From positions 23,295,432-23,359,431 of the forward strand of contig NC_092679.1 of the NCBI RefSeq assembly GCF_964355755.1: DNA of 64,000 nucleotides. The letters are read 5' to 3'. The DNA comes from Antedon mediterranea. Lineage: Eukaryota; Animalia; Echinodermata. The notes under the pieces are model-generated. The model did not search any database and had not been told where the DNA came from. It saw only the letters and a program-made list of their open reading frames with translations. The position numbers and the translations under genes are program-made. Positions 24,431 to 36,405 of this stretch are shown piece after piece (within the stretch, counting starts at the first letter, position 1; every line of letters starts with the position of its first letter).

Positions 24431-25345
24431 TTATATTACATAGCCTATGTAAATACGTGAACGCGATTGGTTGAAACTGTGTCACATGACTACCGCTGCG
24501 AGGATCGTAAATCGTATATATCCTCGAGAACGATGATATTGACGGAGTAATTTTCGCGTAATTATCGTTTCCCCTGTTATTAATCATACAAATTCTCGAG
24601 TTCGATGATATTGACTGTGTAATTTTCGTGTGTAACACTCGCGTTTGCCGATAAATAAACAAAAGTCATCTACTGGATCTTGAACTCAGGATGGAATTGT
24701 CACTCCATCACAAGACAACGCTTCAACCGTACTTCACGGAACTTGCTTGAAGAAATTAATCTTTTAAACTATTTAAGCTATATGCATACGCCCTCATTTG
24801 TTATTAGTCCTCCCTAAATGTGATGAAACACCGTTTGTGATTGGTCAATACTCACGGTAGTAACCTAGTACGCGCTGAACATCCGGCGATTCGGCTCCTC
24901 AAAGAGAAGAAGACGAATTGTTTATTCGGCCTACCTGATTATAATATTATTAAATATTATTAATAGGCTTATTGATGGAAATTCTTCTGTTAATTTAAAC
25001 GACCTAGGCCTAAGTGAATATTTTATTGCCAAGGAATCATTAATTATCTGTATATTATTCTTCGCAAGGTAAGGTGTCTAGGCAGGCTTGTTTACATACA
25101 ATACAAATACTATAGGAGGCCTAGCCTAGCTTCACCCAACCCAGCAGACTTGTTCTTGGCTATATAATATAACAGATATCGCCTTTTATATCGGTAAAAT
25201 ATAAGATTTGACATCCCCTCGGGATAATATTATGTTCTCGGGGAAATGCCGCTTCGGGATATATATATTCCCTAGAACATAATATCATTCCCTCAGGGAT
25301 GTCAAATCTTATATTTCACCTCTAAGCAGGCAATATCTGTATAAT
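24431..25345 (+). mobile_element. Hairpin-ended non-autonomous element (CryptonV-like architecture, tentative)
   Basis: Start TTATAT..CCTATGTAAAT..GATTGG..GTCACATG, terminal hairpin at about 25170-25342 and end TGTATAAT. Same layout as the palindrome arm 21796-22101. Confidence 0.65.
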
Positions 25346-25348
25346 TAC

Positions 25349-25476
25349 CTTTCTGAGTTTTGGTTTCTCTCTAGCTTTCCTTAGTTCTTCTTCTATATAT
25401 GTACGTGTTCCAATCTTACAATCCATCACGCAAGGGTTCTCAAACTCCAACAGTAAGTCTTGCATTTGTATGTATT
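25349..25476 (-). CDS. ITPK: ITPK exon with the IPK signature PCVMDCKIG (PxxxDxKxG)
   Basis: 128 nt, encoding [47 protein letters not shown] boundaries are in phase. Confidence 0.97.
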
Positions 25477-26463
25477 CTGACATACCAAATGTAAGGTCAA
25501 AACAGGTTTTTACTAAATATTTATGTTAGGCAAGCCAAGGTTTTTGAGCACTGTAATTTCCATTATTTTTTGGACAATAAATTAATCTGTATCTGTATCT
25601 GTATAAATGAATATATAATTATATGTATTTTTTATATTGTAACTATTTTTATTCTATACATGTACAAAATCACAGGTTTTAATGTTTTTGTAATACTTAA
25701 TAGAATCGTAACTTTAAATTAAATTAAATTAAATTAAATTTTATATCGCCAAGAGAGTATGAAATAAAATAAAAGCCAGAATTAAAGATATTCCTATTCT
25801 GAGTATCAGTCCAGATCTACAGTATACAAAGACCCAGGATCCAGGGCACCAAACAGACGCATCAGCATCATGGGGTTATTTTAGATAATGTTACTATAGT
25901 AAACACATCAGTATCTGTAAACATTACAGCCTTGGGTTCAATAAAATGAAATTTGAGATGCAAGGAGTCCTCTTGAATCATGTATTTATATTGCTGTAGA
26001 AACTGTAAAAGTAAATGCATCCATTTTACATTTAATACTAAAAATGACACAAAAAGGATTTTTTTCCTGTATAAAAAATAATGTTTGACTATGCCCACTG
26101 TAATTTTTTAATGATTTTAAAAAATGTTTTCTATTTATCATAGAGACAGTAGAGAGCGTTAGTATATTTATCATAGAGACAGTAGAGAGCGTTAGTATAT
26201 TTATCATAGAGACAGTAGAGAGCGTTAGTATATTTATCATAGAGACAGTAGAGAGCGTTAGTATATTTATCATAGAGACAGTAGAGAGCGTTAGTATATT
26301 TGTTATACCCATTTTCGCTACTGTACACATATCAATACAAAAGGGATATCCAATTGAATAAAAAATGTTTAGTTTTACACTACATTTGAGGTTGAGGATT
26401 TGGGGGTTACCGACTCAGTAGCGGGTATCTAGTACCTATTATGCTTATTTGACAAAAGGATAC
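25477..26463 (-). other. U12-type (minor spliceosome) GT-AG intron in ITPK
   Basis: 5' splice site GTATCCTTTT matches the U12 consensus. Branch-like TGACCTTAC lies about 13-21 nt before the AG, with no real polypyrimidine tract. Confidence 0.85.
26134..26300. repeat. 33-bp tandem repeat x5 inside the U12 intron
   Basis: Unit TTTATCATAGAGACAGTAGAGAGCGTTAGTATA. Confidence 0.93.
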
Positions 26464-26604
26464 TTTCTCCATTTTTTTCAGCCTCTCCTTTATATTTTGG
26501 GATGTATGGTCGTAAAACATCGTCCATCAACGCTTGAAGCGCCTCCTGCTCACGTTCGCAGTATTTCTTGAGAATGTCCCCATCTTCAGCACATTCAAAA
26601 TTAC
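26464..26604 (-). CDS. ITPK: ITPK exon: (G)NFECAEDGDILKKYCEREQEALQALMDDVLRPYIPKYKGEAEKNGE
   Basis: 141 nt, phase 1 to 1. IP3K-like ILKK-C-x-E...LRPYIP. Donor is GTATCCTTTT (U12 type). Confidence 0.95.
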
Positions 26605-27022
26605 CTAAAATTTAAAACAATATAGTGGACATTTGAACATCATTCATCACCCACATAAACCCACAGACATCCTGTTCATCTTGTGTTCAAATGTGTATGG
26701 TCTATAAACATTACACCCGATAGAGAGTCACCTTATAATCACTACAAAAGTATGATCACCAACTGTATATGTAAAACAAACACAATATGGGACTATTGCT
26801 ATTTTTTTCATTACAAATGTGAAAAATAAGACGATTCTAATATTTTATACAGAACGCTATAAACTGTCCTAACTACTAATACTTATCTGAGGATGGCATT
26901 CCACCTGGAGTGCATGCAGAGTGATAACTTATTTTATTTAGACTATAACGTCAGAACTGTTGTAATAATACAAAGTAAGTTGCATTACAATGTGCTATCA
27001 CTGTGTGAATGGTGATTTTTAC

Positions 27023-27122
27023 CTTTATGGCCTGCTAGTTGCACCCATGGATAACGACGTTTATAAGACTGGACGAACGGAGACCAATGAACAAGTGTTC
27101 TTATCTTCTTCCATTGCATCAA
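27023..27122 (-). CDS. ITPK: ITPK exon: [33 protein letters not shown](G), calmodulin-binding segment and start of catalytic domain
   Basis: TTTTAG acceptor, GT donor, 100 nt. Hallmark IP3K sequence W-K-I-x3-HWSPF...YPWVQLAGH. Confidence 0.97.
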
Positions 27123-27973
27123 CTAAAAGAAAAATTAAACATTGAAAATTAAGTATGGAACAAGCAGTAGCACAGAATAAGTAAACTTGAATCTGATCAT
27201 ATAATATACTGTAGTGAAAATTATTATTATTGTCAGTATGATATGCACAAACAAGTATAAAACAAAATAAATCAGATGAAACAAATTGTATTCTCTCTAC
27301 TATTAAAAAAAAATAATTTAATTTTGGTAGAATGATTACAACATCATAGAAAATAAATTAACATTAAAAGTAAGTGTAAATAATAAGGTGACCAGAAAAA
27401 TTAAACTTACACGAAGAACAAAACTGGAAACTTCTACTGAAACATATCGTGGTGAGCACAATTTCATAATAACAAGACAGAAAATAACCAGATGTAAGTA
27501 GAGCCAATCAAGGGATAAATCCAGTAAACCACACATATTGGTATATCACAAAAAAAACAAAATCTCTGTTGTAAGGGGATCAATATTAAAATTTAAGTTT
27601 ACTGCCATACCAAACTGTGCAACTCCACCTGACAATACATTATCTAGTAATGAAAGTTAAGACAAGAAGAAACCAAGACATACTAGCTGTTGGAAAAACA
27701 CATATCTTTATCTCTATATTTAGAAAATTATTATGAAATCAGAATAACATCTAGTCAGTAGTTATAACAATTTACAGTTAAAGGAGAATTCCTGGTTTGA
27801 AATGTCTACAGAGTTCATTTAGCAGTGATTGCATCACAAACCTGGTAATGATACATCAGCAACAAGAACTGTTTATGAAGAACCAACAAACTCAGGTAAA
27901 TTGAAAAATTAAACTAAAGTAAAATTATAAGACAGTAATAAGTAAAATATTAGCAAAATAAACAACAATGTAA

Positions 27974-28067
27974 AATGTGTTGGAATAACCTGTGTCTTGC
28001 AGCCTAATTGAGATGAATTAAATGTGTTGGAATAACCTGTGTCTTGCAGCCTAATTGAGATGAATTA
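27974..28067. repeat. 47-bp tandem duplication
   Basis: AATGTGTTGGAATAACCTGTGTCTTGCAGCCTAATTGAGATGAATTA x2. Confidence 0.9.
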
Positions 28068-29367
28068 CGCATAGGTCTGAAAGACACAGGATACAATAAC
28101 CTTTTTCTCCCCAAGGGCCCATTTTTGTCGAATTCTGCCACCAAAGGGCACTTCATTGGTCTGTCCACAACAACAGGGGCTGAATGGACCTGTAAACTGG
28201 GGTACAGTAAACTCCACAGACTTGACAGAATCTCCCTTTAAATCAAGATATTCTTCTAGAGCATACAATGACGCAAATGTACACTGTTCATAACAACAAG
28301 TTAAAGAATTATCTAATGAAAGGAAAAACATTCCAAAATTAGAGAATGTTTTAATGTTGAGAAAACAAATCAAATTACATAATATGGCAGTGACTGTATA
28401 TTACTTTAAACTACTATAGTGTCAAATATTGAAACGAAGAAGACTCACTGAGATGGAAACACACTAATTCTCAAGAATGTGACTCTTGAAAATGATAAAA
28501 AAAAATAGATAAAAAATGTCCAATTCTCAAAATGTGTTATTTCTTCTTTTACTTGGAGTTGTATTCGTTTTTATTATAATGTTTTTTTACTTCATCACTA
28601 AATTCTTAAGCATGTATGTTACCTTTACACTCTGACCTCTATTTGACATTTAATTTGGATTTAATAGTCAGAAGAAATTAATAGTAAAATGAAAACATAT
28701 TTTTCAACCACAAAGAATTATAAATAGAACTAAACTTTAGCACAGATTACTGTAAACAGGAGGTGGGTAGACTTGAATGATGTACAGGCGCTCATAAATC
28801 ATATTCAAATATTCATACCAGTAAAATTGTAGTCCTTAAACATTTTTGAAAGTTTTAGATTTATTGAAATTGAAATTTACCTTATTTTACAGTAAAATAA
28901 TAGGAAAAATTAGAAGAAAATGCTGTAATTTCAAAAATGGCAGTTACTATGGAAATATTTTGCTTTGTTTTGAGAGGGGATTGCTAATCCCACAAACTTA
29001 TTTCAACATATCAGTCTGTTCTCTTTAAAATAATAACAATGTTTAAAAATGAACTTTCACTGCAAATCTATTTTTAATTATCATTGACATGACATCCCTA
29101 AATCAACTTCTCTGATGAAAAATATTAACACCATAAAAAAAAGTAAATAGAGAGAGCAGGTCAAGTGTATTAAAATGTGCTGAGTTTCAAACAGTGCACA
29201 GATTGTATTCAATAACAGGCAATGAACCGTGTTAAAGTACTATAGCAATATGCACTGAATAATCTATCAGTACCGCCTACACATTACACCCACCTTTCAA
29301 AGACCTGATTTACTTTTGATTCTCACTGAAATTAGCCTAGTACCCTTTCGCATTCATCCAAAAACAC

Positions 29368-29476
29368 GCACCATAAAACTCTGGAGTTACCCGCACCATG
29401 AAACTTTGGAATTCACCCGCACCATGAAACTCTGGAGTTTACCCGCACCATGAAACTCTGGAGTTTACCAGCACCA
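29368..29476. repeat. About 25-bp tandem repeat x4
   Basis: CGCACCATGAAACTCTGGAGTT(T)ACC units. Confidence 0.88.
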
Positions 29477-30751
29477 CATGAGCCACACACCAGTGTTTTG
29501 CTAGGCCATGTTAAAGGGGATTAATAAGCCATACTTTAATACACAAACAGTTTTACACTAAATAGTACTTTGATAATACAGAAAAGCACTTCCTCTGAGA
29601 AACTACAGGGGACACTTTCATATGAAATAAATGAGGGGCAATATGTAAAACAACCAACCCCTAATCAGGGGACACACCAGTTATGCAATTTATGTGGTTC
29701 TTGATATACTAACAGAGACATAGCAGTAATTTAGAGGAGTCATTGCCCTGTTCACTTTCAGTGTCATCTATGTTACTCTCTAACATAAAACTTGAAAATG
29801 TAAAAACCATTTCAAAATAATACAAGATATAAAATGGAAAAACATTCTTTAATACAGTTTATTTAAAATAAGAACAAAATAAAATCAAATTTATGGTGAA
29901 AGTAATAATACAGTTAGTGTGCTCTACTACTAAATTTTGATTAATTCAGAATTTTGATTAATTCAGAATTTATTTTGTTTAAATCAACTGTACTGTATAT
30001 GGTAATTCTTACAACAAAAACACAATGCTTTACAATACTAAATCTAAAGTAAACAACATTAATACATCAGAAACGTATCCCTGCGGGTAAATTAATATCC
30101 TAGCGATTCTATCAAACGTCAATTTATCATCATAACTAATAATATACAGTAACAACCTGTCCATGTATGAATTCACTTCTAGGATAATTTGATTAGCTCA
30201 CCGAGAATATCAAAAAACATTGTCAATTTTGAATAAACAAACACAATATAATTATACACACAATGTAAAATTGATTGAATGCATTTTTGATAGAGCAACA
30301 AAAGGGGTAATAATGATAATAATACTGTAGATCTGATGATTGAAGAAGTTTTGAGAATCTAAAAACACCTTGAATTTGTCTGTGCAGATAATGTTGAAAA
30401 GATCATGCACGTCACTTGTGGAATTATGTTCTCCTTAAATTAAATGTTTGTATTGTTATAATATTGATATGACAGCTGTAGAATATCATAATTTCAATTG
30501 ATACATCCAGGTATACTGCATGTTTTATTGTATATTATGTGGTTGTTTTTTTTAATACTGAAATACTTGATTTGTCCATTATCATCATCATCATCATAAA
30601 ATAACAACAATTTTTCTTGAATATGATGACAAACACATTAACAACAAAAATTATATAAAAAGTTCAAGAAGGCTCAAATTGTTCTGCATTTTCGATCCCT
30701 ACACTTTTTAATAATGTTAAAGTGCTCTAATGTGCACTATATGATAGGAAT

Positions 30752-31004
30752 AAACAGCTTTACGTCTCATCCGAAGGACTAGGCAACGAGTAAAGCATCT
30801 TTCCTATTAGGATGCATTCAGCATGGTACAGATAGGCTCAAACCCATGCCTATCACATCCTAGTCCGATATTATAATTACACCAAACTCTTCGGTATATA
30901 CAGCACCTGTGGCGATTCCAGACGGTCTCCCATCTAGAACACAACAAGGACCAAAGTTGCTTAACTTTGGTGATCTGACGATAACCGATGTTTCAATGCA
31001 GTTA
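30752..31004 (-). mobile_element. 5S rRNA-headed SINE (SINE3/AmnSINE1-like): 5S remnant + tRNA-like segment + Deu domain
   Basis: Minus strand reads ...GGTTATCGTCAGATCACCAAAGTTAAGCAAC...TAGATGGGAGACCGTCTGGAAT...GGTGCTGTA (5S-like, about 31004-30897). A B-box-like GGGTTTGAGCC follows, then TCCTTCGGATGAGACGTAAAGC (Deu-like). Confidence 0.75.
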
Positions 31005-31262
31005 CCTACTACTATTAACATATGTTACCCACTATGTTACCTACTCCAAATTTTGAGCAGTTATTGTCAATGAAATTTTAAAATCAAAATATTGCTAGGA
31101 TGCCATTTGGTATAATATTCAGACAGGTGTTTGAAGAGGCCTATTAAACTTGTTTGTTTGCTGTCAATCATCAGATATAATAATAAAAACTTTTTTTTTT
31201 AAATACCATAATCAAATTTGTACAATAAAATTGTGAATCAATTTTTACTAAAGAACCATTAA

Positions 31263-31883
31263 AGACCCCTTCCCTGCAATTTTGGACGTTTTTTGGAAAA
31301 TAATACATATATCACTTTAAAAACATTAAACCATGTCATTCCTTGTCTTAAATATACGTATTATAGTAAATTATGATAAAAAGTGAGAAACAATGCACTA
31401 CCTAAGTAGCTCGCGGCGATCGACCTCTCGTGGACGGTCTTAGGCCTAGCCTAGCTAGTTAGTTTTGTAGGCCTAGCTGGTAAACATCGGTAACGTACGA
31501 ACATCGTACGCTATATACCTACCCTGACGTTGTATAGTTGCTGCATTAATTGTCTTTCTATTTTTGCCAGACTCCGTTGATACAAATTGGGGAAAACCCG
31601 GTATTTTCGCTGAAAAGTTAGGAGTCTTCCATTTGTTTTGGCCTCACGATCGATCGAAAAGTGGGCGAATTACAGGTGAAAAACAAAAATATCAATCCGC
31701 GCGCAATGCATTTTGGGATTTATAGCGGGCCGCTATAATTATTATTAGAATCGACTTATTTTTCACATTTTTAACTGTTTAAAGACAAAAAAAGTTATCG
31801 CAATAGGACCTTATAGTATTATTTTTACATTAAATATAGTTTGTGATCTTAAATTAGATCTAAAAAACGTAGGGAAGGGGGCT
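31263..31883. mobile_element. Kolobok-like MITE
   Basis: TTAA|AGACCCCTTCCCT...AGGGAAGGGGGCT|TTAA. Confidence 0.8.
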
Positions 31884-34565
31884 TTAACATTTTCCCAGGT
31901 TCTTATCAGTTTCCAGAATGTTCTTTTTTCTGCTTTTATTTTATATTTGTAAAATGTGTACATTGTAGTGTATGTTTGAGTGAAGTATTAAATACACAAC
32001 AAAATAATAGTATTTTTGGTTTTTTATTGTTCAGTGCATTTATAGTTTAATGATTGATCTCAATCCATGTAAACCCTAAAAAAAATAGTGACTGGATTAA
32101 AACTGTGGACAATACACCTTTAAGATTTCTGCTTCATTTTTGTAATATATACTGTTTTTGAATCTATGGATATATTATAAGTGCGAAATAACGAGAAATG
32201 AAATTGGTCAGACAATTATAATATTTTCCTGCTTTTGTTACATAGGGAAAAAGATGAGTGTCAGTTTCCAGACTGATCAAATAAAACGGTTAATTTATTT
32301 GGAGTTACCCTTGATATGCTACAGTGTTGTATCATGATGAGTACTACTGTATCTCGTCTGCTACGCCCCTACGACCACCTAGGTCATGGGACAACGAAAG
32401 AACCCGTGTTTTATTATATTTTTGGTCAAAAAATGACATTTAAAAGAGAAATGGGAAGAAGGAATAAAAATGAGTTGGTAGCCTACCGGCGTCCTCTCCT
32501 CCAGCAAACAGTCATCACACAAGCATTCTCCTTCTGAGCTATCTTCATCTGAACATGTTTGTTCAACTTCCATCCTGTCTGAATTTGGTACGTCTTTCAT
32601 GTTTTACACAACTTAGTCAAACTACAGTATGGCAGATTGTGAAGTGAAACTCCCGGTAAATTCAGAAAAGCAATCAATATTGCATTAAAAGTTAAAACTC
32701 TTCAATTTATTTTAAGAACTTCCAAGGCGTTTAAAAACATCATTTACAGCTAAAAATAGTATCATCATTTTAACAAGTTATTTTATTGGTAAAATGTTGC
32801 AATACATCGAGCGTACACACATAAAATTATAATTAAAGTCCTTTAAACACAAGATTCTCTCCAAAATTCTAAAACAGTTGTTTTGCAAACGATAATATTT
32901 TCAACTTTTATCAACTCTGCATATCATTTTATGAAGTATAAAATAATAAGATGGTTTTTAAAACAAGTTTGGTATTGTCAGGTCAGATGATAAGAATCGT
33001 GCAAGAAATCAAAAGTCCAAACATATAAAATCAATTTCTCTAGGAAATCTCTTCAAAATCAAGTTCTAAGTGTTTTTTTGTAAAATACCTGTACTATTTT
33101 ATGTCGGATCACTTTATCAGGCCAGCTTCCTGAATATACAATACTTCCTTTCGCTAGTCCGTGTTAAACTTCAAACAACGGAAAAACTAAAACAAACCTA
33201 CATCCACAAACCTTCAAATAATAGAGTATTCTTTCAATTTGACAACACGGTTTCAGTTCTTGTTGCTTGTTTCAAAATACCAAAAAGAAAACCTGCTATC
33301 CATACAGTAGTTTTGTTTATATTAAAGTTTAAATTACTTGATATATTAATTTGAAAGTGTTGTGAAACAACTATGTACACATAATATTACTCAATGAGTA
33401 CATCAAGGAGGATGTCATAAATAGCAGTATGGCTCAGAATATCAATGTTGTAGGTAGTTTAATAAACAACTTTAACCACTTTTCAGTTTCTATATGCCGT
33501 TTCTAACACTGTTGAAATGCCACTGAAAGTGTAACACAATTCCATTCAGGAAATTAAGTATAGTGAATATCAACCAAGACTATCAATTACTTTACAGACA
33601 ATATTTATGATTATCAGTACGACGACGGCCAATGGTAAGATTGAATGAAACAATGTTCTACAGCTCAGGCTATTAAAGACAGACTGCTGATCACTGATGG
33701 AAAGATGTTTAAAGTATATTAACTCCGCCTCCTGGCATCCAAGATGAACACACGATCATAATGCTAATTTACTTCCAATAGCAAATTAAGTACATCAAAC
33801 AGAATGCTGCTTTTTTAGTGCATAATAAACTGCTTTCGACAGGAGGAAATCAACGTTTATTATATCGACTTCATCACTGTCAAGAACGCATAAAATATAG
33901 ATTGTAGTACTGCACAACTATAATAATACCTGTTGAGCTTATAACCAAATCAATAAATAGCCTGCAGTTTGCTTACATCTAAGCTTAGTAAATAAGGTTT
34001 CAAGTCAACAGTGTCAGTACCAGCAGGCAGTTTCAACTTACACTGCGACCTTCCTACTGTTTATGTACAGCTTAGGGTTGCCTTGTTATTTTTTTAAGCA
34101 CAGTGCTGAGTATACCTAACCAAGCGTAACAACAACCCACGCTTTGTTGGTAGAGGTCAAAGGATATTGTAAGTCTGGATAAAAACTGAACATATTGTGC
34201 TTTTAAATGTCACTGGGTTAAAATCAATTTTACTTTACAGTGCGGAAATTAAAACATACCATTACCCAAATTCTAAAAGCGTTTACAATATTTTAAAATA
34301 TAATCGATGATTTCGACTTCAATGTTGAACGTTTTGCTATTGTTTTTGTTTTGTAGGTTTGCCAGTTGCATGCAAATTGAATGCAATAACAAAATTACAA
34401 CCGTCTATTGTAATTTATCAAACAATAGCTGAAATAAACTGTAAAATCATGGTAAAATAAATGCGCAAAAACTATTACAAATTTAATTCGGTGAAGAATT
34501 CACATTGAATAAACACGGCTATAAATAGGTACACAATAGAAAAGAATGAATTTATTTTAAAAATA

Positions 34566-35003
34566 CCTGGATGACTATGACATACATGCAGCCATAGTGC
34601 AGTGCCTACCATGAACAACAGGGGCTGTTACAGTTTGATTACAGGACCCCTCCTGGATAACTATGACATACAGGCAGCAGCCATAGTGCAGTGCCTACCA
34701 TGAAAAACAGGGGCTGTTACAGTTTGATTACAGGACCCCTCCTGGATGACAATGACATACAGGCAGCAGCCATAGTGCAGTGCCTACCATGAAAAACAGG
34801 GGCTGTTACAGTTTGATTACAGGACCCCTCCTGGATGACTATGACATACAGGCAGCCATAGTGCAGTGCCTACCATGAACAACAGGGGCTGTTACAGTTT
34901 GATTACAGGACCCCTCCTGGATGACTATGACATACAGGCAGCCATAGTGCAGTGCCTACCATGAACAACAGGGGCTGTTACAGTTTGATTACAGGACCCC
35001 TCT
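34566..35003. repeat. 86-89-bp tandem repeat x5
   Basis: Unit CCTGGATGACTATGACATACAGGCAGCC...ACAGGACCCCT. Confidence 0.95.
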
Positions 35004-35287
35004 CGACTCATCTACTGTATTCATCATACAATTACAATATCAATCATCAACATACTCCCGCCTTTTATCAAACTTTCACCCACTTTTGATTCATTTAAAA
35101 TTAATTTTAAAAACTCATTTATTTATAGCAACTTTCAGGAGACAATGCACTTTTGATTAGATAATTTTCTTTGATTTGGTACTATATAAATGTTTATTAT
35201 CATCACTGGTAAGCTATATTAAATATTATTACCGATAAATCCAAATATTAAATTACAATTAATGGAGATACAGTATATTAAATTTAA

Positions 35288-35832
35288 AGATGTATTGTCC
35301 CTTGAAACACAAAAAATGAAGGTCAAAATATTCTAAATTTAAATTGGCCATATCAAAGTAATATTAAAGTTATTCACTTTAAGTCGAAAATTCGAGCCAA
35401 AAACAACAAGCTTACATAATTGACAGGTAAATAAATTTGATTACATTTCGTCTGATAAATCGTCGCGAGCGAAAGTAAACAAAGATTTCAAACCACGAGT
35501 ATGCATTATGCATGATGCTAATTAGGATTGTTTACAACTTGTCACGGTTGAGAAGGTGTTTTCACACAGATCGCGAAGAAATGTTATGATTATGCATACA
35601 GATGAGCCAAACAAGCGCGTTGCATTATGAGATATGTTTTGATCGAAAACTTTGACTGGAAGTCACAGTTATTTTTTGAGCAAAAAAATGTCTGTATTTC
35701 AGTTCAATGGGTTGTTTTTTGACTCATTTTTGGTGAAAGTTAATAACTATTATGATACTTCAAAGTGACCCACTTTTATTTTAAATCTTTTTTTAAAATT
35801 TTTTTGGAATTAGTAAAAGGGACAATACATCT
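35288..35832. mobile_element. Kolobok-like MITE
   Basis: TTAA|AGATGTATTGTCCCTT...AAGGGACAATACATCT|TTAA (perfect 16-bp TIR). Confidence 0.87.
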
Positions 35833-35888
35833 TTAACCAATCAATCAAAATTTGTTTGGGTTTTTTTTTTGGTGGGGAGGAGGGTGAA

Positions 35889-35980
35889 GTGTGCAGTACT
35901 TGTAGGTGACGTGTGCAGTACTTGTAGGTGACGTGTGCAGTACTTGTAGGTGACGTGTGCAGTACTTGTAGGTGACGTGT
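35889..35980. repeat. 22-bp tandem repeat x4
   Basis: GTGTGCAGTACTTGTAGGTGAC units. Confidence 0.92.
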
Positions 35981-36405
35981 AGAACTTAGTAGACACAGAA
36001 TAATTTTTCAGTACTGTAAAATCTATATTCTGTAAGTGCGCCCTCTTTAGTACATAAACTAATCTTGAATGGCTTTACTGGTCATAGAGGGCTCACTACT
36101 AGTATGAATCAACGTCACACAATAAGTGTGTTGTTGAGTGGATGAATCACCAACATATTTCCATGACAACGTTTTAAATGGCACTACATTTAAGAGTCTT
36201 GGGTTTAATGTGCAATATTAAATGTGATTACATTAATTACATTCGCATTATGAGCAACATTATTTTCATGGTAAATTAGTCCTACTGTATAGTAGGTCTA
36301 CTATTATCAATGGTTCATTATTACCATTTTTAATAAATTTACAGAAAAAATGTGCATTAATTAATGAATCAGGATACCACAAATAGGTATTATACAAGCA
36401 TGTTT

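Noticed and set aside
25986-26330. ORFs with INILTLSTVSM / YDKYTNALYCL repeats
   Set aside because: Translations of a 33-bp intronic VNTR.
27783-28236. Possible Kolobok-like element between TTAA sites
   Set aside because: The terminal inverted match (AGGAGAATTCCTG vs AGGGAGATTCTG) is too weak to call.
28449-28484. 36-nt exon-like segment with AG and GTGAGT boundaries in the long ITPK intron
   Set aside because: It has an in-frame TAG in the required phase. It could be a poison exon, but nothing beyond the splice-like motifs supports it.
30897-31004. Functional 5S rRNA gene
   Set aside because: Many substitutions and indels, a degraded 5' end, no T-run terminator, and it runs into a SINE body.
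32379-32600. Acidic/Cys ORF (SDEDSSEGECLCDDC)
   Set aside because: Short, with no recognisable domain or convincing splice context. Probably a decayed transposon fragment.
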